A DNA stretch of 64,000 bases. Origin: Camelus ferus (taxonomy: Eukaryota). Where the stretch lies: the NCBI RefSeq assembly GCF_009834535.1, contig NC_045697.1, forward strand, positions 120,530,001 to 120,594,000, in the 5' to 3' direction. A model generated the notes under the pieces. The model had not been told where the DNA came from. It did not search any database and saw only the letters and a program-made list of their open reading frames with translations. The translations under genes and the position numbers were made by a program. Shown here in pieces: positions 38,775 to 53,700 of this stretch. Position 1 is the stretch's first letter, and every line of letters begins with the position of its first letter.

Positions 38775-41700
38775 AGAACACGCTCTATGCATATTGGATG
38801 TATAAAAATTCATTACTGATTAGAGAGCATGTGGATTTCCGAAATTTAATCCACCATACAAGGCATATTTACACCTAGAAATATTTATTCTGCTTTCACA
38901 GCTTTTTCCTAACTTCAGTTTTTAAAATCATGAAGTTTTCTCAGAAAAAAACCTCTTCAGCGAGTTCTATCCAGAGGAATAGTAATTTAAGCAGTTTCCC
39001 TCAAGCGACTTTCCAGTTTCTGAACATGCTACATGCATCACGGATTGACAAACGTTAATTACTCAGTTGTTGCATGTGGATTACAGAACTTTCATCCACC
39101 ATATGAGACATATATACACCTAGAAATATTCTCTGATTTCACTACTTTTCCTACCGTATGTTTTGAAAATAATGATGTTTTTGCAGAATTAATCCTGCAA
39201 GCGAGTTCGACCCAGTAGAATTGTAATTTCAGTAGTTTCCCACAAAGTGACTTTCCATGGTCCGAACATGCTAAATTCATCATGGATTTGACAAACATTC
39301 GTTACTCAGTTGTGTGCATGTAGATTACAGAATTTTCCATCCACCATATAAGGCATATATATACCTAGAAAATATTCTGAGTTCACAGCTTTTTTCTTAA
39401 TCGCCGTTTAGAATATCTGGCAACTATAGCAGGATAAATCTCTTGTAGCATGTTCTCTACACATTGGGCATATAATTTACATAGAGTCCCTCGCCGTGAA
39501 TTCCGTGCTTCCAACTTTACTTGCACCGCAGGTTCGACAAATATTCACTGCTGAGATTTAGCATGTGGATTACTGAATTTTCATCTACCATAAAATGTGT
39601 ATATACAGCTAGAAACATGTACAAAGTATATGCAGATTTTTCCTCACGTCAGTTTCTGAAATCAGGCTGTTTTAAAGAAATATATCTTGGAACTTGTTCC
39701 AACTAATAGACATGTAATTTACATAGATTTGCTCACCGTCAAATTCTGTGTTCTGAAAAAACTGCATGCATCACGGTTTCAAAAATATTCACTACAGATT
39801 GTTAGCATGTGTATTCTGAACTTTCATCAACCATACATGTCATATTGGCACTTAGAGGCATTTTCTCAAAATTCGAATTTTCCTAATGCCAGTTTGAAAA
39901 TGAGGCAGATTTCACTGAAAAAAATGCTTTTTGAGCAAGTTCTACCAAGTGGACAAGTAATTTAAATGCTTTCACTCACCGTGACATTGCATGTTCCGAA
40001 AATGCTACATGCATCACTGATTCGACAATCATTCTTTATTGAGTTGTGAACGTGTTTATTACCAAACTTTCATCCACCAAACAAGTCATATTGACACTTA
40101 GAAGCATTTTCTCAGATTTTGAAGTGTTTTCCTAATGTCAGATTTGAAAATGAGGCAGATTTTCACAGAATAATTCTTTTGGAACGATTTCTACCCAATA
40201 CACATGTAATTTACAAAGTTTCTATCACCGTGATATTCTGTGTTTCAAACACGCTACATGGATCACGGATTGGACAAACATTTTTTAATGAGCTCTCAAC
40301 ATGTGGAATACCAAACTTTCATCCACCAAACACTGCATATTTACACCTAGACATTTTTCTGTGTGTTCACAGATTTGTCCTAATGCCACTTGCAAAATAC
40401 AGGCAGTTTTCACAGAAAAATTCTCTTTGATCGTGTTCTATCCAATAGACATGAAATTTACAATGTTTCACTTACCATGACATTCCGTGTTCATAACACG
40501 TTACATGCATATTGGATTAAGATATCATTCATTACTGAGTTGTGAGCATGTGGATTTCTGAACTTTCCACCACCATACAAGGTATATTTACACCTAGAAT
40601 TATTTACTATGCTTTCCCAGATTTTTCCTAACTTCAGTTTCAAAAATCATGAAGTTTTCACAGAAAAAACCTCTTCATGTGAGTTCTACTCAGTAGAATT
40701 GTAATTTAAATATTTTCCCTCAAAGTGACTTTCCATTTTCTGAACACGCTACATGCATCACGGTTTTGACAAACATTCATTACTCAGTTGTTTGTATGTG
40801 GATTACAGAACTTTCATCCACCATACAAGGCATAAATACACCTAGAAATATTTACCCTGATTTCACAGATTTTTCCTAACGTCAGTCTCGAAAATCATAA
40901 TGTTTTCCCATAAAAAACTCTGCATGTGAGTTCTACCCATTAGAATTGCAATTTCAATTGTTTCCCACAAAGTGACTTTCCGTGGTCCGAACACAATGCA
41001 TTCATCACGGATTTGACAAACATTCATTAGTCAGTTGTGTGCCTCTGAATTACAGAACTTTCATCAACCATATAATGCATATATACACCTTAAAAATATT
41101 ATTCTGATTTTGCAGATTTTTCCTATCTTGAGTTTAGAATATCAGGGAATTTTGCAGGATAATTCTCTTGTAGAGTGTTCTACACAGTAGAAATGTAATT
41201 TACATAGATCTCCTCGCCGTAACATACCGTGCTCCGAACATGCTACATGCACCGCAGTTCGACAAATATTAATTGCTGAGTTGTTAGCATGTGGATTAAT
41301 GTACTTTCATCTACCATACAATGAATATATACAGCTAGAATCATGTACCCAGTATTTGCAGATATTCCTTAATACCAGTTTCAAAAATAAGACAGTTTTC
41401 ACAGGAAAATCCTCTTGGAGTGAGTTCTATCCAATACACTTGTAATTTACATAGTTTCACTTACCATGACATTCCGTGTTCTGAATACATTACATGCATC
41501 GCAGATTCTACAACATTCTTTATTGAGTGTAAGCATGTACTTTACAAACTTTCATCAACCACACAAGACATATTTGCACCTAGAAACATTAACTCTGAGT
41601 TCGCAGCAATTTCCTAATAGCAGTTTTGAAAATTAGGCATTTTTCTAAGGAAAAAACATTTGGAGCGATTTCTAGCCACTAGGCATGTAATTTGCATAGA

Positions 41701-44700
41701 TTCCATTGCTGTGAAATTACTTCTTTCGAACACGCTACATGCATAACGGATTCGACATATATTCACTACAAATTTGTTTGCATGTGGATTACCGAACTTT
41801 CAGCATAATAAAAGGCATATTGATACTTAGAAGCATTTTCTCTGATTTCACAGAGGTTTCCAAATGCCAGTTTAGAAAATGCGGCAGATTTCACAGCAAA
41901 AAACTCTTGGAGCGAGTTCTACCCAAGAGACTTGTAATTTACAAAGATTTGCTCACCGTGAAATTCCGTGTTCTGAACAGGCTACATGCATCACGGATTC
42001 CAGAAATATTAACTACAGAGTTGTTAGCATGTGGATTAGCGTAGTTTTATCCACCATACAAGGCATAATGGCCCTTACAAGCATTTTCTCATTTTTTGAA
42101 AATTTTCCTAACGCCAGTTTCGAAAATGAGGAAGTTTTCACCGAAAAATGCTCTTGGAGAGAGTTCTACACTATAGACATTTAATTTACATAGGTTCGCT
42201 CACCGTCAAATTCTGTGTTCTGAGAAAGCTGCTTGCATAACTGTTTCGACAAATATTCACTACAGAATTTTTTAGCATGTGGATTACTGAACTTTCATCC
42301 ACCATACAATTCATATTGACACTTAGAATCAATTTCTCAGATTTCGAAGTGTTTTTCTAATGCCAGTTTTGAAAATGAGGCAGATTTCACAGATAAATGC
42401 TTTTGGAGCGAGTTCTACCTAATACAAGTGTAATTTATAAGGTTTCTATTACCGTGATAGTCTGTGTTCCGAACACATTACATGGATCACGGATTCGACA
42501 AACATTGATTAATGAGTTGGGAACGTGTTGATTACCGAACATTCATCCAAAAAACACGGCATATTTACACCTAGAAATTTTTCTCTGTGTTTGCAGATTT
42601 GTCCGAACGCCAGTTGCAAAAAACAGGCAGTTTTCACAGAAAAATTCTCTTCGAGCGTGTTCTATCAGACAGACATGAAATTTACAATGTTTCACCTACC
42701 ATGACATTCCCTGTTCAGAACACGCTCTATGCATAATGGATTTATAAAACATTCATTACTGATTAGAGAGCATGTGGATTTCCGAAATTTAATCCACCAA
42801 ACAAGGCATATTTACACCTAGAAATATTTACTCTGCTTTCACAGCTTTTTCCTAACTTCAGGTTTTAAAATCATGAAGTTTTCTCAGAAAAAACCTCTTC
42901 AAGCGAGTTCTATCCAGAGGAATTGTAATTTAAGCAGTTTCCCTCAAAGCGACTTTCCAGTTTCTGAACATGCTACATGCATCACGGATTTGACAAACGT
43001 TAATTACTCAGTTGTGTGCATGTGGATTACAGAACTTTCATCCACCATATGAGACATATATACACCTAGAAATATTTACTCTGATTTCACTACTTTTTCC
43101 TACCGTCTGTTTTGAAAATCATGATGTTTTTGCAGAAGTAATCTCTGCAAGCGTTTTCGACCCATTAGAATTTTAATTTCAATAGTTCCCCATAAAGTGA
43201 CTTTCCATGGTCCGAACATGCTAAATTCATCACGGATTTGACAAACATTCGTTACTCAGTTGTGTGCATGTAGATTACATTATTTTCATCCACCTTATAA
43301 TGCATATATAAACCTAGAAAACATTATACTGAGTTCACAGCTTTTTCTTAATGGCAGTTTAGAATATCTGGCAACTATAGAAGGATAAAACTCTTGTAGC
43401 ATGTTCTACACATTGGACATATAATTTACCTAGAGTCCCTCGCCGTGAAATTCCGTGATTCAAACATGCTTCTTGCACCGCAGTTTTGACAAATATTCAC
43501 TGCTGTGTTGTTAGCATGTGGATTACTGGACTTTCATCTACCATAAAATGTGTATATACAGCTAGAAACATGTAGAAAGTATATGCAGATTTTTCCTAAC
43601 TTCAGTTTCTGAAATCAGGCTGTTTTCACAGAAATATACTCTTGGAACTTTTCCAAACAATAGACATGTAATTTACATAGATTTGCTCACCGTCAAATTC
43701 TGTGTTCTGAAAAAACTGCATGCATCACGGTTTCAAAATATATTCACTAAAGGTTTGTTAGCATGTGTATTTCTGAACTTTCATCACCATAATAGTCATA
43801 TTGGCACTTAGAAGCATTTTCTCAAAATTCGAATTTTTTCCTAATGCCAGTTTGGAAAATGAGGCAGATTGCACAGACAAATGCTTTTGGAGCAAGTTCT
43901 ACCAAGTGGACATGTAATTTAAATGCTTTCACTCACCGTGACATTTCATGTTCCGAACATGCTACATGCAACACTGATTCGACAAACATTCTTTATTGAG
44001 TTGTGAACGTGTTTATTACCAAACTTTCATCCACCAAACAAGTCATATTGACACTTAGAAGCATTTTCTCAGATTTTGAAGTGTTTTCCTAATGTCAGAT
44101 TTGAAAATGAGGCAGATTTCACAGAATAATGCTTTTGGAACGACTTCTACCCAATACACATGTAATTTACAAAGTTTCTATCACCGTGATATTCTGTGTT
44201 CCAAACACGCTATATGGATCACGGATTGGACAAACAATTTTTAATGAGCTCTCAACATGTGGAATTCCAAACTTTCATCCACCAAACACTGAATATTTAC
44301 ACCTAGACATTTTTCTCCTTGTTCGCAGATTTGTCCTAATGCCACTTGCAAAATACAGGCAGTTTTCACAGAAAAATTCTCTTCGATCGTGTTCTATCCA
44401 ATAGACATGAAATTTACATTGTTTCACTTACCATGACATTCCGTGTTCATAACACGCTACATGCATATTGGATTATGATATCATTCATTACTGAGTTGTG
44501 AGCATGTGGATTTCTGAACTTTCCACCACCATACAAGGTATATTTACACCTAGAAATATTTACTATGCTTTCCCAGCTTTATCTTAACTTCAGTTTGAAA
44601 AATCATGAAGTTTTCACAGAAAAAACCTCTTCATGTGAGTTCTACTCAGTAGAATTGTAATTTAAATATTTTCCCTCAAAGTGACTTTCCATTTTCTGAA

Positions 44701-47700
44701 CACGCTACATGCATCACGGTTTTGACAAACATTCATTACTCAGTTGTTTGTATGTGGATTAAAGAACTTTCATCCACCATACAAGGCATAAATACACCTA
44801 GAAATATTTACCCTGATTTCACAGATTTTTCCTAACTTCAGTCTCGAAAATCATAAAGTTTTCCCAGAAAAAATCTCTGCATGTGAGTTCTACCCATTAG
44901 AATTGCAATTTCAATTGTTTCCCACAAAGTGACTTTCCGTGGTCCGAACACACTGCATTCATCACGGATTTCACAAACATTCATTAGTCAGTTGTTTGCC
45001 TGTGAATTACAGAACTTTCATCCACCATATAATGCATATATACACCTTGAAAATATTATTCTGATTTTGCAGCTTTTTCCTATCTGCAGTTTAGAATATC
45101 AGGGAATTTTGCAGGATAATTCTCTTGTAGAGTGTTCTACACAGTAGACATGTAACTTACATAGATCTCCTCGCCGTGACATACCGTACTCCGAACATGC
45201 TACATGCACCGCAGTTCGACAAATATTACTTGCTGCGTTGTTAGCATGTGGATTAATGTACTTTCATCTACCATACAATGAATATATACAGCTAGAATCA
45301 TGTACCCAGTATTTGCAGATATTCCTTAATGCCAGTTTCAAAAATAAGACAGTTTTCACAGGAAAATCCTCTTGGAGTGAATTCTATCCAATACACTTGT
45401 AATTTACATAGTTTCACTTACCATGACATTCCGTGTTCTGAATACATTACATGCATCGCAGATTCTACAACATTCCTTATTGAGTGTAAGCATGTGCTTT
45501 ACAAACTTTCATCTACCACAGAAGACATATTTGCACCTAGAAACATTAACTCTGAGTTCGCAGCAATTTCCTAATAGCAGTTTTGAAAATTAGGCATTTT
45601 TCTAAGGAAAAAACTGTTGGAGCGATTTCTACCCACTAGGCATCTAATTTGCATAGATTCCATTGCTGTGAAATTACGTCTTTCGAACACGCTACATGCA
45701 TAATGGATTCGACATATATTCACTACAAATTTGTTTGCATGTGGATTACCGAACTTTCAGCACAATAAAAGGCATATTGATAGTTAGAAGAATTTTCTCT
45801 GATTTCACAGAGGTTTCCAAACGCCAGTTTAGAAAATGCGGCAGATTTCACAGCAAAAAGCTCTTGGAGCGAGTTCTACCCAAGAGACTTGTAATTTACA
45901 AAGATTTGCTCACCGTGAAATTCCGTGTTCTGAACAGGCTACATGCATCACGGATTCCAGAAATATTAACTACAGAGTTGTTAGCATGTGGATTAGTGTA
46001 GTTTTATCCACCATACAAGGCATAATGGCCCTTACAAGCATTTTCTCATTTTTTGAAAGTTTACCTAACGCCAGTTTGGAAAATGAGGAAGTTTTCACCG
46101 AAAAATGCTCTTGGAGAGAGTTCTACACAATAGACATTTAATTTACATAGGTTCGCTCACCGTCAAATTCTGTGTTCCGAGAAAGCTGCTTGCATAACAG
46201 TTTCGACAAATATTCACTACAGAATTTTTTAGCATGTGGATTACTGAACTTTCATCCACCATACAATTCATATTGACACTTAGAAACAATTTCTCAGATT
46301 TCGAAGTGTTTTTCTAATGCCAGTTTTGAAAATGAGGCAGATTTCACAGATAAATCTTTTGGAGCGATTTCTACCTAATACATGTGTAAATTTCAAGGTT
46401 TCTCTTACCGCGAAAGTCTGTGTTCCGAACACAGTACAAAGATCACGGATTCGACAAACATTGATTAATGAGTTGGGAACGTGCTGATTTCCGAACATTC
46501 ATCCAACAAACACGGCATATTTACACCTAGAAATTTTTCTCTGTTTTCGCAGATTTGTCCGAATGCCAGTTGCAAAAAACAGGCAGTTTTCACAGAAAAA
46601 TTCTCTTCTAGCGTGTTCTATCAGACAGACATGAAATTTACAATGTTTCAACTACCATGACATTCCCTGTTCAGAACACGCTCTATGCATAATGGATTTA
46701 TAAAACATGCATTACTGATTAGAGAGCATGTGGATTTCCGAAATTTAATCCACCAAACAAGGCATATTTACACCTAGAAATATTTACTCTGCTTTCACAG
46801 CTTTTTACTAACTTCAGGTTTTAAAATCATGAAGTTTTCTCAGGAAAAAACCTCTTCATGCGAGTTCTACCCCGTAGAATTATAATTAAAATGTTTTCCA
46901 TCAAAGTGACTTTCCATTTTCTGAACACGCTAAATGAATCACGGATTTGACAAACATTCATTACTCAGTTGTGTGCATTTGGATTACAGAACTTTCTTCC
47001 ACCATACAAGGCATAAATACACCTAGAAATATTTACCATGATTTCACAGATTTTTCCTAACGTCAGTCTCCAAAATCATAAAGTTTTCACAGAAAATATC
47101 TCTGCATGTGTGTTCTAACCATTAGAATTGCAATTTCAATTATTTCCCACAAAGTGACTTTCTGTGGTTCGGAAAACACTGCATTCATCAAGGATTTGAC
47201 AAACATTCATTAGTCAGTTGTGTGCCTGTGAATTACAGAACTTTCATCCACCATATAATGCATATATACACCTTGAAAATATTATTCTGATTTTGCAGCT
47301 TTTTCCTGAATGCAGTTTAGAATATCAGGCAACTTTGCAGGATAATTCCCTTGTAGAGTGTTCTACACAGTAGACATGTAATTTACATAGATCTCCTCGC
47401 CGTAACATACCGTGCTCCGTACATGCTACATGTACCGCAGTTTGACAAATATTAAGTGCTGAGTTGTTAGCATGTGGATTAATGTACTTTCATCTACCAT
47501 ACAAAGTTTATATACAGCTAGAAGCATGTACTCAGTATTTGAAGATATTTCTTAATGCCAGTTTCGATAATAAGGCAGTTTTCACAGAAAAATCCCCTTG
47601 GAGTGAGTTCTATCCAATACACTTGTAATTTACATAGTTTCACTTACCATGACATTCCGTGTTCTGAATACATTACATGCATCACAGTTTCTACAACATT

Positions 47701-50700
47701 CTATATTGAGTGTAAGCATGTGCATTACAAACTTTCATCTACCACAGAAGACATATTTGCACCTAGAAACATTAACTATGAGTTCGCAGCAATTTCCTAA
47801 TAGCAGTTTTGAAAATTAGGCATTTTTCTAAGGAAAAAAATGTTGGAGCGATTTCTACCCACTAGGCATGTAATTTACAGAGATTCCATTGCTGTGAAAT
47901 TACGTTTTTCGAACACGCTACATGCATAACGGAATCGACATATATTCACTACAAATGTGTTTGCATGTGGATTACCGAACTTTCAGCATAATAAAAGGCA
48001 TATTGACACTTAGAAGCATTTTCTCTGATTTCACAGAAGTTTCCAAACGCCAGTTTAGAAAATGCAGCAGATTTCGCAGCAGAAAGCTCTTGGAGCGAGT
48101 TCTACCCAAGAGACATTTAATTTACAAAGATTCGCTCACCGTGAAATCCCGTGTTCTGAACATGCTACATGCATCTCGGATTCCACAAATATTAACTACA
48201 GAGTTGTTAGCATGTTGATTACTATAATTTTATCCATCATACAAGGCATAAATACACCTAGAAATATTTACCCTGATTTCAAAGATTTTTCCTAACGTCA
48301 GTCTCGAAAATCATAAAGGTTTCCCAGAAAATATCTCTGCATGTGTGTTCTACCCATTAGAATTTCAATTTCAATTGTTTCCCACAAAGTGACTTTCCGT
48401 TGTCCGAACACACTGCATTCATCAGGGTTTTGACAAGCATTCATTAGTCAGTTGTGTGCCTGTGAATTACATAACTTTCATCCGCCATTTAATGCATATA
48501 TACACCTTGAAAATATTATTCTGATTTTGCAGCTTTTTCCTATCTGCAGTTTAGAATATCAGGCATCTTTGCAGGATAATTCTCTTAAAGAGTGTTCTAC
48601 ACAGCTGACATGTAATTTACATAGATCTCCTCGCCGTTACATACCGTGCTCCTAACATGCTACATGCACCGCAGTTTGACAAATATTAAGTGCTGAGTTG
48701 TTAGCATGTGGATTAATGTACTTTCATCTACCATACAATGTTTATATACAGCTAGAAGCATGTACTCAGTATTTGCAGATATTTCTTAATGCCAGTTTCG
48801 ATAATAAGGCAGTTTTCACAGAAAAATACTCTTGGAGTGAGTTCTATACAATACACTTGTAATTTACATAGTTTCACTTACCATGACATTCCGTGTTCTG
48901 AATATATTACATGCATCACAGTTTCTACAACATCCTATATTGAGTGTAAGCATGTGCATTACAAATTTTCATCTACCACAGAAGACATATTTGCACCTAG
49001 AAACATTAACTATGAGTTCGCAGCAATTTCCTAATAGCAGTTTTGAAAATTAAGCATTTTTCTAAGGAAAAAACTGTTGGAGCGATTTCTACCCACTAGG
49101 CATGTAATTTACAGAGATTCCATTGCTGTGAAATTACGTCTTTTGAACACGCTACATGCATAACGGATTCGACATATATTCACTACAAATGTGTTTGCAT
49201 GTGGATTAACGAACTTTCAGCATAATAAAAGGCATATTGATACTTAGAAGCATTTTCTCTGATTTCACAGAGGTTTCCAAACGCCAGTTTAGAAAATGCA
49301 GCAGATTTCGTAGCAGAAAGCTTTTGGAGCGTGTTCTACCCAAGAGACTTGTAATTTACAAAGATTCGCTCACCGTGAAATCCCGTGTTCTGAACATGAT
49401 ACATGCATCTCGGATTCCACAAATATTAACTACAGAGTTGTTAGCATGTAGATTACTATAATTTTATCCACCATACAAGGCATAATGTCGCTTACAAGAA
49501 TTTTGTCATTTTTTGAAAATTTTTCCTAACGCCAATTTTGAAAATGAGGCAGTTTTCACCGAAAAATGCTCTAGGAGAGAGTTCCACAGAATAGACATTT
49601 AATTTACATAGGTTCCCTCACCGTGAAATTCTGTGTTCCGAGAAAGCTGCTTGCATAACAGTTTCGACAATTATCCACTACAGAATTTTTTAGCATGTGG
49701 ATTACTGAACTTTCATCCACCATACAATTCATATTGACACTTAGAATCAATTTCTCAGATTTCGAAGTGTTTTTCTAATGCCAGTTTTGAAAATGAGGCA
49801 GATTTCGCAGATAAATGCTTTTGGAGCGAGTTCTACCTAATACATGTGTAATTTTCAAGGTTTCTTTTACCGTGATAGTCTGTGTTCCGAACACATTACA
49901 TGGATCACGGATTTGACAAACATTGATTAATGAGTTGGGAACGTGTTGATTACCGAACATTCATCCAAAAACACGGCATATTTACACCTAGAAATTTTTC
50001 TCTGTGTTTGCAGATTTGTCCGAATGCCAGTTGCAAAAAACAGGCAGTTTTCACAGAAAAATTCTCTTCGAGCGTGTTCTATCAGACAGACATGAAATTT
50101 ACAATGTTTCACCTACCATGACATTCCCTGTTCAGAACACGCTCTATGCATATTGGATGTATAAAACATTCATTACTGATTAGAGAGCATGTGGATTTCC
50201 GAAATTTAATCCACCATACAAGGCATATTTACACCTAGAAATATTTATTCTGCTTTCACAGCTTTTTCCTAACTTCAGTTTTAAAATCATGAAGTTTTCT
50301 CAGAAAAAAACCTCTTCAAGCGAGTTCTATCCAGAGGAATAGTAATTTAAGCAGTTTCCCTCAAAGCGACTTTCCAGTTTCTGAACATGCTACATGCATC
50401 ACGGATTTGACAAACGTTAATTACTCAGTTGTGTGCATGTGGATTACAGAACTTTCATCCACCATATGAGACATATATACACCTAGAAATATTTACTCTG
50501 ATTTCACTACTTTTTCCTACCGTCTGTTTTGAAAATAATGATGTTTTTGCAGAATTAATCTCTGCAAGCGAGTTCGACCCAGTAGAATTGTAATTTCAGT
50601 AGTTTCCCACAAAGTGACTTTCCATGGTCCGAACATGCTAAATTCATCATGGATTTGACAAACATTCGTTACTCAGTTGTGTGCATGTAGATTACAGAAT

Positions 50701-53700
50701 TTTCATCCACCATATAAGGCATATATATACCTAGAAAATATTATTCTGAGTTCACAGCTTTTTCTTAATCGCCGTTTAGAATATCTGGCAACTATAGCAG
50801 GATAAATCTCTTGTAGCATGTTCTACACATTGGGCATATAATTTACATAGAGTCCCTCGCCGTGAAATTCCGTGCTTCCAACTTGTTACTTGCACCGCAG
50901 GTTCGACAAATATTCACTGCTGAGATTTTAGCATGTGGATTACTGAATTTTCATCTACCATAAAATGTGTATATACAGCTAGAAACATGTACAAAGTATA
51001 TGCAGATTTTTCCTCACGTCAGTTTCTGAAATCAGGCTGTTTTCAAAGAAATATACTCTTGGAACTTGTTCCAACTAATAGACATGTAATTTACATAGAT
51101 TTGCTCATCGTCAAATTCTGTGTTCTGAAAAAACTGCATGCATCACGGTTTCAAAAAATATTCACTACAGATTTGTTAGCATGTGTATTTCTGAACTTTC
51201 ATCACCATACATGTCATATTGGCACTTAGAGGCATTTTCTCAAAATTCGAATTTTTCCTAATGCCAGTTTTGAAAATGAGGCAGATTTCACTGAAAAATG
51301 CTTTTGGAGCAAGTTCTACCAAGTGGACAAGTAATTTAAATGCTTTCACTCACCGTGACATTGCATGTTCCGAACATGCTACATGCATCACTGATTCGAC
51401 AAACATTCTTTATTGAGTTGTGAACGTGTTTATTACCAAACTTTCATCCACCAAACAAGTCATATTGACACTTAGAAGCATTTTCTCAGATTTTGAAGTG
51501 TTTTCCTAATGTCAGATTTGAAAATGAGGCAGATTTCACAGAATAATGCTTTTGGAACGATTTCTACCCAATACACATGTAATTTACAAAGTTTCTATCA
51601 CCGTGATATTCTGTGTTTCAAACACGCTACATGGATCACGGATTGGACAAACATTTTTTAATGAGCTCTCAACATGTGGAATACCAAACTTTCATCCACC
51701 AAACACTGCATATTTACACCTAGACATTTTTCTCTGTGTTCAGCAGATTTGTCCTAATGCCACTTGCAAAATACAGGCAGTTTTCACAGAAAAATTCTCT
51801 TTGATCGTGTTCTATCCAATAGACATGAAATTTACAATGTTTCACTTACCATGACATTCCGTGTTCATAACACGTTACATGCATATTGGATTAAGATATC
51901 ATTCATTACTGAGTTGTGAGCATGTGGATTTCTGAACTTTCCACCACCATACAAGGTATATTTACACCTAGAATTATTTACTATGCTTTCCCAGATTTTT
52001 CCTAACTTCAGTTTCAAAAATCATGAAGTTTTCACAGAAAAAACCTCTTCATGTGAGTTCTACTCAGTAGAATTGTAATTTAAATATTTTCCCTCAAAGT
52101 GACTTTCCATTTTCTGAACACGCTACATGCATCACGGTTTTGACAAACATTCATTACTCAGTTGTTTGTATGTGGATTACAGAACTTTCATCCACCATAC
52201 AAGGCATAAATACACCTAGAAATATTTACCCTGATTTCACAGATTTTTCCTAACGTCAGTCTCGAAAATCATAATGTTTTCCCATAAAAAATCTCTGCAT
52301 GTGAGTTCTACCCATTAGAATTGCAATTTCAATTGTTTCCCACAAAGTGACTTTCCGTGGTCCGAACACACTGCATTCATCACGGATTTGACAAACATTC
52401 ATTAGTCAGTTGTGTGCCTGTGAATTACAGAACTTTCATCCACCATATAATGCATATATACACCTTGAAAATATTATTCTGATTTTGCAGCTTTTTCCTA
52501 TCTGCAGTTTAGAATATCAGGGAATTTTGCAGGATAATTCTCTTGTAGAGTGTTCTACACAGTAGACATGTAATTTACATAGATCTCCTCGCCGTAACAT
52601 ACCGTGCTCCGAACATGCTACATGCACCGCAGTTCGACAAATATTAATTGCTGAGTTGTTAGCATGTGGATTAATGTACTTTCATCTACCATACAATGAA
52701 TATATACAGCTAGAATCATGTACCCAGTATTTGCAGATATTCCTTAATGCCAGTTTCAAAAATAAGACAGTTTTCACAGGAAAATCCTCTTGGAGTGAGT
52801 TCTATCCAATACACTTGTAATTTACATAGTTTCACTTACCATGACATTCCGTGTTCTGAATACATTACATGCATCGCAGATTCTACAACATTCTTTATTG
52901 AGTGTAAGCATGTGCTTTACAAACTTTCATCTACCACACAAGACATATTTGCACCTAGAAACATTAACTCTGAGTTCGCAGCAATTTCCTAATAGCAGTT
53001 TTGAAAATTAGGCATTTTTCTAAGGAAAAAACATTTGGAGCGATTTCTACCCACTAGGCATGTAATTTGCATAGATTCCATTGCTGTGAAATTACGTCTT
53101 TCGAACACGCTACATGCATAACGGATTCGACATATATTCACTACAAATTTGTTTGCATGTGGATTACCGAACTTTCAGCATAATAAAAGGCATATTGATA
53201 CTTAGAAGCATTTTCTCTGATTTCACAGAGGTTTCCAAATGCCAGTTTAGAAAATGCGGCAGATTTCACAGCAAAAAGCTCTTGGAGCGAGTTCTACCCA
53301 AGAGACTTGTAATTTACAAAGATTTGCTCACCGTGAAATTCCGTGTTCTGAACAGGCTACATGCATCACGGATTCCAGAAATATTAACTACAGAGTTGTT
53401 AGCATGTGGATTAGCGTAGTTTTATCCACCATACAAGGCATAATGGCCCTTACAAGCATTTTCTCATTTTTTGAAAGTTTTCCTAACGCCAGTTTCGAAA
53501 ATGAGGAAGTTTTCACCGAAAAATGCTCTTGGAGAGAGTTCTACACTATAGACATTTAATTTACATAGGTTCGCTCACCGTCAAATTCTGTGTTCCGAGA
53601 AAGCTGCTTGCATAACAGTTTCGACAAATATTCACTACAGAATTTTTTAGCATGTGGATTACTGAACTTTCATCCACCATACAATTCATATTGACACTTA

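Noticed and set aside
41690..41697. Octamer motif ATTTGCAT in monomer I of the contig-2 16-mers
   Set aside because: It is a single-base variant of the common ATTTACAT in the repeat, with no evidence of function.
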